Of a stretch of 23,723 bases of DNA, positions 13,831-20,529 are shown piece after piece. Both the position numbers and the translations under genes were made by a program. A model generated the notes under the pieces. That model was not told the origin of the DNA, ran no database searches, and worked only from the letters and a program-made list of their open reading frames with translations. Location of the stretch: positions 1 to 23,723 of the forward strand of contig DASXQR010000226.1 of the NCBI GenBank assembly GCA_036507075.1, written 5' to 3'. Source of the DNA: Acidobacteriota bacterium (GTDB lineage Bacteria; Acidobacteriota; UBA6911; JACQSX01). Numbering within the stretch: the first letter of the stretch is position 1; each line of letters begins with the position of its first letter.

Positions 13831-16374
13831 TCAGTAAAGGACCTCTACCCGCATCTGGCTTGACCGATAGGGAAGGCGGACTATTCCTGATGCAGCTTCG
13901 AAATTACGGTGCGGAGAATCGTTCACCCTTACGCTGCGGATCGGCGCCTTTTGCGGAGGGCGGAAGTAAACCAGCAGGTTCGCGTACCGGTCACGGGTTG
14001 GAGGGTTGATGACTGCCGTTATCTTTCCTTTATCGGCCTGCGATTCGACAACGAATGACATCTCGCCGAAGAATGTCGGCGCGCGATCGACTCTGATTCG
14101 CTTGCCGGTGGCAAACCAGGCCCGCGGCGCGCCGGCCAGCAGGTGCAGATTTCCCGTCTCTATGTTGTCGCGCAGCTCTTCAAAAACGAGCATCAGGCGC
14201 AGCATCCGCAGAGTTTCAGAATTTGCCGCGGAATTGGGAAAAGAGTAATCGGCGCTCACAAAGCCGCCGTTATCAGTGTTGTAGCCGATGAAGGGAGACC
14301 CTTCCGATGCGATCAGGCCGTGCCGCGTCATCCCAAATGCTAAACGCGAGTAAAAGCCCAGCAGAAATTTGTCCACTTCTCCGGACCTGAGCATCTGGTC
14401 GTAGTAGCCGGCGTTATAAACATTGTTGATCCAGCCATACGGACTGTTAGGCTGCCGGCGCGCCCGCGTACAGCCGAGCACGAAACCGCCCCGCTGCTCG
14501 AGATAGTCGGTGATCCAGCGCGCCAAGCGATCGCCGGGATTGAAAAAGTGATAACCAAACTGCATGTCCGCCCAGTAGTGGTAATAGGTGCCCTGAACGC
14601 GTCCCAGAGCAAGATCGTCGTAGGGTTCGGGCCCGTAGCCGGGAGTGTCGCGAAAATAGAGCGTCTGCAGTTCGACAAAAGGCGGAGAGCCCGGGGTTCG
14701 GATCACGCTCTTTTCCATCGCGTTCAGAATAGCTTTTCGAAAGTCTTTCGCTTCCGCCACATACTTTTCACCCCGCTGGCGGTCGATCCCGCTTCGCAGC
14801 AGGAAATTTCCCAGATCCTGCAGACCCTGGCAATTAGTGATGTTGTGCGCCACCACGTACATTGGCTCCTTGTCGCCAAGATCGTCGGCGCCCGGAATGG
14901 CGGGGGGGAGCAGCCCCCAATGCAAGGGCTTACTTCCACCATCGAGCTTGATCGTGCTTCGCCGGTCGGCGACGATCTCATCGCCCACGCGCAAAATATC
15001 CGATTTGAATTGCTCAAACAGATCCGTCTTCCGTGTCAGGCGATAATTCTCAAACAGGTGGTGGAGCACGACGGCTCTCCGATTTTGATACTTGCGGCCG
15101 GCCTTGGCGGGATCCAGGCTCACCGGCATGAAATGGGGAAGCAAGCGGTCAGAGTAGTCGCCAAATCCGTAGAAGGCAAAGTCATTGGCGCCGAAGCCAT
15201 TCTCCACCGGGTAAAAAGAATCGTTGTAGCGCAGGCCTGACCCATAGGTGAATCGCGCGCCGTCGGCGAGGATGAAGTTTTGAGCCAGCAGCGCCCGCCA
15301 GACATGGTTAATCGGCGGTTCGGGTGTCTCAATCTGCATTCCCTTGGCAAGCAGCTCCTCCCAGAATTTGCGAACCTTTGCGTGCGCGGACCGGAAGGAT
15401 TCATCGGTGGGAACCTGCACGCGATGCGCGGAATCGGGAAGGTAAGGAACTTTGAAATAGACGGAAACGGATTCTTCCGGCTTCAAATCAATACGCTGGG
15501 TCAGGCGCTGCTTACTCTCATCGAAAATTGATTTTGGATCGCTGCAAGCCAGGATTGTGGCGCCCTGTAAGTCGCGAATCCTGCCATCCGATGCCATGCA
15601 ACGGCCGCCGTCCGTCAGAATCACATCCTCATGCAGTTCGGCCCTGCGCGAAGAGGGCGATACATTGGTAATCTGTATCTCGATAAACGCAATGTCGCAC
15701 CCGATTTGTTCGCCAGTGGGACGATCCGCGAGAATTTTTTGCCGGTAGCGGAGCCCGTCCGAGTGATACTCCATGACGGTGATCGGCAGGTAGTCTTCTT
15801 CGTACTGGATGCGGGAGTGTTGCTCTCCGTTGAGGCCAAATATTTCGGCCGACGGGCCGACGCGGAAAACGATATTTGTATTTTCCGCCAGAGGCTGCAC
15901 ATTGGGGCCCAGCTTTCCCTTGATGAGATTGGCGGAAATAGCTCCGTTCCACCAGATCATGAACTCGTTGTCCGATCCGTCTTCTCGCGGCGGCCGGTCG
16001 GGCGCCGAGAAGGTCCCAAGAACCGTCCGATCCAGCACTTTTCCCGGATAAAGAGATTTCACCGACGCCAGAGAAGGCTCGCCCTGCCGCAGGATTCTCT
16101 GGCCGAGCGGATCATCCAGTCCCTTCATCATCAGCTCTTCCCATTGTTTTCCCTGCTCCATGGCCTGCTGTTCGGACTTCTTGAAGGTCACATCGCGCGC
16201 CCATCCAGAGGTGATTTGCAGGAATTTTTCCTTGAGGGAGCGGGCAGCGGTTTCGTCGCGGAGGAGACCTTCCGAACCGCGGGAGGAACCGGCGAAAAGC
16301 GTTATCACCACAAAGACACAAAGGCACAAAGGAAACCCGTATTGTCTTGGTGCCTTTGTGCCTTGGTGGTTCAT
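13831..16374 (-). CDS. Secreted 847-aa protein, probable (alpha/alpha)6-barrel glycoside-hydrolase-like fold
   Basis: Beta-rich N-terminal part, FWEELLAKGMQIETPE linker, helical aromatic/acidic core (YNDSFYPVE, GLLPP..ADDLGD, EG..F), and C-terminal LLAGAPRAW..IRVDRAPTFFG beta domain. Fold call is by pattern only. ATG overlaps the upstream stop (ATGA). Confidence 0.75.
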   Translation of the reverse strand: MNHQGTKAPRQYGFPLCLCVFVVITLFAGSSRGSEGLLRDETAARSLKEKFLQITSGWARDVTFKKSEQQAMEQGKQWEELMMKGLDDPLGQRILRQGEPSLASVKSLYPGKVLDRTVLGTFSAPDRPPREDGSDNEFMIWWNGAISANLIKGKLGPNVQPLAENTNIVFRVGPSAEIFGLNGEQHSRIQYEEDYLPITVMEYHSDGLRYRQKILADRPTGEQIGCDIAFIEIQITNVSPSSRRAELHEDVILTDGGRCMASDGRIRDLQGATILACSDPKSIFDESKQRLTQRIDLKPEESVSVYFKVPYLPDSAHRVQVPTDESFRSAHAKVRKFWEELLAKGMQIETPEPPINHVWRALLAQNFILADGARFTYGSGLRYNDSFYPVENGFGANDFAFYGFGDYSDRLLPHFMPVSLDPAKAGRKYQNRRAVVLHHLFENYRLTRKTDLFEQFKSDILRVGDEIVADRRSTIKLDGGSKPLHWGLLPPAIPGADDLGDKEPMYVVAHNITNCQGLQDLGNFLLRSGIDRQRGEKYVAEAKDFRKAILNAMEKSVIRTPGSPPFVELQTLYFRDTPGYGPEPYDDLALGRVQGTYYHYWADMQFGYHFFNPGDRLARWITDYLEQRGGFVLGCTRARRQPNSPYGWINNVYNAGYYDQMLRSGEVDKFLLGFYSRLAFGMTRHGLIASEGSPFIGYNTDNGGFVSADYSFPNSAANSETLRMLRLMLVFEELRDNIETGNLHLLAGAPRAWFATGKRIRVDRAPTFFGEMSFVVESQADKGKITAVINPPTRDRYANLLVYFRPPQKAPIRSVRVNDSPHRNFEAASGIVRLPYRSSQMRVEVLY
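16305..16372. repeat. 9-mer palindromic element forming the first ~23 codons of the 847-aa gene
   Basis: tcaccacaaagacacaaaggcacaaag (16305-16331) pairs with tcttggtgcctttgtgccttggtggttc (16345-16372). Confidence 0.88.
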
Positions 16375-17336
16375 TTACGCTTCAACCCCAGCAACTGCGC
16401 TCCGTTTTCGAAGCGCATTCTCCGCAGCGATGCAGGGTCGGGCACTAATTCCCGCAACGCCGCCAGGGATTCGGCCGCAATGCATTTTCCGCCCGCGAAC
16501 CCGGCGCCTTTGCCGTCGTGACAGGGACAGTCGCTTCCCCAGATCAGCTTGCGGCTGTGGCGCTGAAGAAAAGCGCGCGCAAATTCGGGATCGCGCGTGA
16601 GCGCGTTCAGGCCTGAACCGGCAGAGAGGTCGCCATGGATGTTCGGATAATCGGAAAGAAGCTTGTCGGTCAGGCCGCCGGGCTTTACCGGGCCCTTCGG
16701 ATAGAGATCCAGCGGATTCAGGTCCGCGCTGATATTTCCCCACCAGGTCTGTGCGTGACCGATGAAATTCACCTTCGGGTATTTTTTCAACACCGCTGCG
16801 AACCGCTCCAACCCGGTGTTGTAGGTTTCGAATTCGAAGTGAATCAGCACAGGAACGTGCATTTCATCGGCAAGCTGGTAGATGCGATGCATCTCAGGCG
16901 AATCGACCGCCACGTGATATTTCATCTCGCCGATGCCCCTTGCCCCGCGCAAAATATTTCCGCGCAGCACGTCGACTGACCGGGATTCGGCTGCATCACT
17001 TGACGTAAAGCGAACAAACTTGTCCGGGTATTGACTCTGCAAGGCGGCGCAATCCCGATTGCCTCCCAGTATCGGCAGTGCCGAAGCGGGGGCCTTGAAC
17101 AGCGGAGCCCAGGCCGGCTCGGGAAACATCCAGCCTTCACCGGGCAAGAGCACGGTGGTACTCACCCGGTGCTCGGCTTGATGTGCCAGCAGTTGATCAT
17201 GCGTCCGGCCGACATACAGAGAATGCTGGTGAAAATCCAGCAGCGGTTCACCGGCGCCGCCCTGTGCCGCCAGAGGAACTGTCGCCAGGGCGGGCAACAC
17301 TTTGAGAAATTCGCGTCGCGATTGATTGCCGTTCAT
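16371..17336 (-). CDS. Tat-exported amidohydrolase (Amidohydro_2-like, metal-dependent TIM barrel)
   Basis: Tat motif SRREFLK; metal ligands DFHQH, GIGEMK, LIHFE, IGHAQTWW, WGSDCPC; SD-like GGAGGGGAG just upstream. Confidence 0.9.
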   Translation of the reverse strand: MNGNQSRREFLKVLPALATVPLAAQGGAGEPLLDFHQHSLYVGRTHDQLLAHQAEHRVSTTVLLPGEGWMFPEPAWAPLFKAPASALPILGGNRDCAALQSQYPDKFVRFTSSDAAESRSVDVLRGNILRGARGIGEMKYHVAVDSPEMHRIYQLADEMHVPVLIHFEFETYNTGLERFAAVLKKYPKVNFIGHAQTWWGNISADLNPLDLYPKGPVKPGGLTDKLLSDYPNIHGDLSAGSGLNALTRDPEFARAFLQRHSRKLIWGSDCPCHDGKGAGFAGGKCIAAESLAALRELVPDPASLRRMRFENGAQLLGLKRK

Positions 17337-17354
17337 CTCCCCTCCGGGTCAAAA

Positions 17355-17438
17355 CGTGTGAAAAATCGACTTTAAGCCCGCGTCGGCGTCGATTTTTTTC
17401 AAAGCTTCTTACGCTCGCGCCTCCGATTTTTTCACACG
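17355..17438. repeat. Short MITE-like inverted repeat
   Basis: cgtgtgaaaaatcg (17355-17368) pairs with cgattttttcacacg (17424-17438); an alternative inner partner gtcgatttttttc lies at 17388-17400. Confidence 0.6.
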
Positions 17439-17474
17439 ATCTCAGGTTTGACGGATAATGCTTTGAACAGCGCG

Positions 17475-17480
17475 ATTATA
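17475..17480 (-). promoter_or_regulatory. Candidate -10 box for the amidohydrolase/GH-like/SSS operon
   Basis: Perfect TATAAT on the minus strand about 140 nt upstream of the ATG at 17336; no convincing -35 box. Confidence 0.3.
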
Positions 17481-17500
17481 TAAGAATCCGATGGCCGCCG

Positions 17501-17610
17501 AAAAAAGGGGAAAAAAGGGGGGAAAAAAGGGGACAGTCCCCAATTCAAAAAGGGGACAGTCCCCATTTAATAAATAGGGGACTAATAAATAGGGGACAGT
17601 CCCCATTATT
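17501..17610. repeat. Cluster of GGGGACAGTCCCC palindromes (REP-like) with A/G tracts
   Basis: Exact copies at 17529-17541, 17552-17564 and 17592-17604; a partial copy at 17577-17583; preceded by AAAAAAGGGG tracts. Confidence 0.85.
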
Positions 17611-17611
17611 C

Positions 17612-18454
17612 ATGGATCCTGAGATTCCGATTGAGAGATTCGAGATCTTCGCCAGGGGCTTGGATCATCCCGAAGGGCTCGCATTTGACCGCCAAGGATT
17701 TCTTTGGGCGGGAGGCGAGGCCGGACAGATTTATCGAATTGACCCTGATGGCAGAGTACAAACCGCCGCCAACCTTGGCAGCTTCTGCGCAGGTCTGGCG
17801 TTTTCTCCTGATGATGAACTTTTTGTCTGCAGCAGCGGCCTGGGAGTGGTCCGTGTCACAGCGTCGGGCGTGTGGCAGGTTTTTGCCAGTGAGGCGGCTG
17901 GGATCAGGATCCTTTGTCCCAATCATCTGGTGTTTGACAGGAGAGGTCGACTTTATGTTTCGGACTCCGGAGAGTGGCAAAAGAGAAACGGACGCCTGCT
18001 GCGATTTGATCCTTTCGGGAAGGCGGAAGTAATCGGTGCGCCCTTCGGGTACGCTAACGGTCTGGCGCTCGACGCGGAGGAAACGCATTTGTTCATGGTC
18101 GAGAGCGACACGGATCGAATCTACCGGTTTGAGGTTGCTGGCGATAGTTCGCTCGGTTCCGGCGAAATATACGCGCAGGCTGTGGGGCGATTTCCTGACG
18201 GCCTGGCCCTCGATGCGGAAGGGAATTTGTATGTATGCTGCTATGCGTCAGATGAGATCCATCGAATCAGGCCGACAGGCCTGAAAGAGTTGGTGGCGTT
18301 TGACCGGCACGGGATCCTTCTGGGCAGCCCGACGAACCTGGCATTCGGCGGAGCAACAGGCGAGGAAATTTATGTCGCGAATTTTGGTCGCACGACCATA
18401 ACCAGAGCGCCGATAGGCAGCAAAGGCCAGGGCTTGGCAAATCTGCGAAGCTGA
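17612..18454 (+). CDS. SMP-30/gluconolactonase/LRE family beta-propeller
   Basis: HPEGLAFD, CPNHLVFD..GRLYVSDSG, YANGLAL, FPDGLALDAEGNLYV, PTNLAFGG. Confidence 0.93.
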   Translation: MDPEIPIERFEIFARGLDHPEGLAFDRQGFLWAGGEAGQIYRIDPDGRVQTAANLGSFCAGLAFSPDDELFVCSSGLGVVRVTASGVWQVFASEAAGIRILCPNHLVFDRRGRLYVSDSGEWQKRNGRLLRFDPFGKAEVIGAPFGYANGLALDAEETHLFMVESDTDRIYRFEVAGDSSLGSGEIYAQAVGRFPDGLALDAEGNLYVCCYASDEIHRIRPTGLKELVAFDRHGILLGSPTNLAFGGATGEEIYVANFGRTTITRAPIGSKGQGLANLRS

Positions 18455-18462
18455 AGCGGGGT

Positions 18463-18602
18463 TTTGCCACGAAGGCACGAAGGACACGAAGAATCGCTAT
18501 TCATCTTGAAGTGACATTTCTCATGACTCGATCCAGGTTGTCGGAGAAGTGGCACTTCTAACTCCATCGTTGCCCTTCGTGTCTTCGTGCCTTCGTGGCA
18601 AA
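18463..18602. repeat. 9-mer palindromic element (inward-facing arms)
   Basis: tttgccacgaaggcacgaaggacacgaag (18463-18491) pairs with cttcgtgtcttcgtgccttcgtggcaaa (18575-18602); inner palindrome agaagtg-g-cacttct. Confidence 0.88.
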
Positions 18603-18667
18603 CTACTTGGGGAGGGTACGTGCGCGGGCGGATGGCGTAAATACTCAAGCATAGGACAACGGACCCT

Positions 18668-19417
18668 ATGGAAAGACTCGAAAATAAAACAACCATCGTC
18701 ACCGGCGGAGCGCATGGAATCGGGCGCGCCATCTGCGAGGTGTATGCGCGTGAGGGCGCATTTGTTTACATGGTGGATGTCGACCAGGAAGCAGGAAGCT
18801 CTCTGGCGACGATGATTCGAGACAGCGGCGGGAAGGCCTGCTTTGTGGCCGCCGATGTGTCTGTTGCAACTCAGGTCAGGCAGGCGGTCCGGGGCGCTGC
18901 CGAGAAGACCGGAAGAATTGACGTTCTTTGTAATAACGCCGCCTATCTGGGAGCCTTTCACGATCTGCTGGGCGCCGCGCAGGAAGAATGGCAAAGAACA
19001 TTGGATGTCACGCTGCTGGGGACCAGCCTTTTTACGCGCGAGGTGCTTCCCTACATGATCGACCAGAATTGGGGGTCGATTATCAACATCGCTTCGGTAC
19101 AAGGAATGGTGGGCGCGCGCAATTCCGTCGCCTATACTACAGCCAAAGCAGGATTGCTCGGCCTGACACGCAGCGTCGCTTACGACTATGGAAAGCATAA
19201 TATCCGGGTGAACGCGATTTGCCCCGGGCCCATCCAGACACGGATTTCACCGCGGCCGGGGGAAGAGCTTTACCAGCGGCAGGTCAACAATACCTTCCTG
19301 CAGCGTGTGGGCCAGCCGCACGAAGTGGCCTATGCGGCGCTGTTCCTGGCTTCGGATGAGTCATCGTTCATTACCGGTGCTGTCCTGCCAGTCGACGGGG
19401 GTTGGACGGCGATGTGA
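18668..19417 (+). CDS. Classical short-chain dehydrogenase/reductase (probably NAD-preferring)
   Basis: TGGAHGIG, Asp at the end of beta2 (YMVDVD), NNAA, catalytic S and YTTAK, NAICPG, VDGG. Confidence 0.95.
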   Translation: MERLENKTTIVTGGAHGIGRAICEVYAREGAFVYMVDVDQEAGSSLATMIRDSGGKACFVAADVSVATQVRQAVRGAAEKTGRIDVLCNNAAYLGAFHDLLGAAQEEWQRTLDVTLLGTSLFTREVLPYMIDQNWGSIINIASVQGMVGARNSVAYTTAKAGLLGLTRSVAYDYGKHNIRVNAICPGPIQTRISPRPGEELYQRQVNNTFLQRVGQPHEVAYAALFLASDESSFITGAVLPVDGGWTAM

Positions 19418-19434
19418 ATCGAAAGTCGAAATGC

Positions 19435-19632
19435 TGAACCGCCAAGAGCGCCAAGAACGCGAAGATTTTCAATTGATCTAAGTCTTTACGATGGTGTGAG
19501 AGTTTGGCGCTGGCGGAGATGTGTCCAGGATGCCGATGAGACGTTGATTGAAAGGAAGATCGACTCGAACTGCACAATCACGGTGATCTCTTACCCTGAA
19601 ATTCTTAGCGCTCTTGGCGCTCTTGGCGGTTC
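19435..19632. repeat. 9-mer palindromic element with 36-bp arms
   Basis: tgaaccgccaagagcgccaagaacgcgaagattttc (19435-19470) versus gaaattcttagcgctcttggcgctcttggcggttca (about 19598-19633), 3 mismatches; ~127-bp unique spacer; TCGAAAG heptamers just before it. Confidence 0.9.
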
Positions 19633-19665
19633 AAGGATTAAGCGTTATGTTAGGCTGAATTTCCT

Positions 19666-20433
19666 ATGTTGCTGGAGCACCTAGCCTGGCCTCAGGTAAG
19701 AGAATTGGATGTTGAAAAGAAGATCGTGCTGCTTCCCTGCGGCGCTTTTGAGCAGCATGGGCCGCATCTGCCCTTTACTACCGACAGTGACATCGTCACC
19801 GCCATTGCCCGAAGTGTGGAGGAAAAGCGGACCGAACGTATTATTTGCCTGCCCACGCTCTGGGTTGGCCACTCCACGCATCATCTGGCCTTTCCGGGAA
19901 CCTTGAGCATACGCCAGTCCTGTTACATGGAGCTGATCGGCGAGTTTTGCCGGTGCATCGCAGGAATGGGCGCCAGGAAAATCTTCCTTCTGAACGGCCA
20001 TGGTGGCAACGACGTGCCGATCCGGGCGGCGCTGCGGGAGGTGAAATCGGATTTGCAAGATCGCGCCGGCATGCACTTTGTGTATGCGTCCTACTGGATG
20101 CTGGGCGCCCGGACGATCAAAGAAATTCGAGAATCAGATTTGGGCGGCCTGGGACACGCCTGCGAGATGGAAACGTCGCTGATGCTGCATCTGCACCCGG
20201 AACGCGTGCAGATGGATCTGGCGCGTAGGGACGGGCCGAAGCACTCTTCCCAATACCGCAAAGCGGACATGCAATACGCCCGTCCTGTATACTTTGTAAA
20301 CGAGTTCCATGAAATATCCGAATCGGGAGTGGTAGGGCATCCCGATCTTGCTTCTGCCGGGAAGGGTGAAAAATTCTTCAACGGAATTGTTGCGGACGTG
20401 GTCGCGTTCATTGATGATTTCCTGGACTGGTAA
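19666..20433 (+). CDS. Creatininase/creatinine-amidohydrolase family protein
   Basis: EQHGPHLP..TD, STHHLAFPGT, LNGHGGN, GHACEMETS, GVVGHP..AS..KG. Confidence 0.93.
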   Translation: MLLEHLAWPQVRELDVEKKIVLLPCGAFEQHGPHLPFTTDSDIVTAIARSVEEKRTERIICLPTLWVGHSTHHLAFPGTLSIRQSCYMELIGEFCRCIAGMGARKIFLLNGHGGNDVPIRAALREVKSDLQDRAGMHFVYASYWMLGARTIKEIRESDLGGLGHACEMETSLMLHLHPERVQMDLARRDGPKHSSQYRKADMQYARPVYFVNEFHEISESGVVGHPDLASAGKGEKFFNGIVADVVAFIDDFLDW

Positions 20434-20445
20434 GCCAAAAACTCC

Positions 20446-20490
20446 TTCACCACAGGGGCACGGACGGGGATAGAGGGCCTCTGTGGTGAA
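20446..20490. repeat. Minimal 9-mer-family hairpin
   Basis: ttcaccacaggggc (20446-20459) pairs with gcctctgtggtgaa (20477-20490); the right arm is identical to 5851-5864. Confidence 0.75.
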
Positions 20491-20529
20491 AAAGTCTTTG
20501 CTCGGACGTGCCTCGTTAGGGAGGGATTA

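Noticed and set aside
14548..16521. Long plus-strand ORFs 14548..15240 and 15631..16521 (also 2925..3629, 1891..2493, 7163..7759)
   Set aside because: Antisense to well-supported genes; expected in GC-rich DNA and lacking motifs.
17529..17604. Possible mini CRISPR array
   Set aside because: Repeats are only 13 nt, spacers are 10-27 nt and low-complexity, and no cas genes are present.
18521..19198. 225-aa minus-strand ORF
   Set aside because: Antisense shadow of the SDR gene, which carries all the canonical motifs.
19471..19597. Possible gene remnant or ncRNA in the spacer of the 19.5-kb element
   Set aside because: No recognisable protein motif or RNA family by eye; a database search would be needed.
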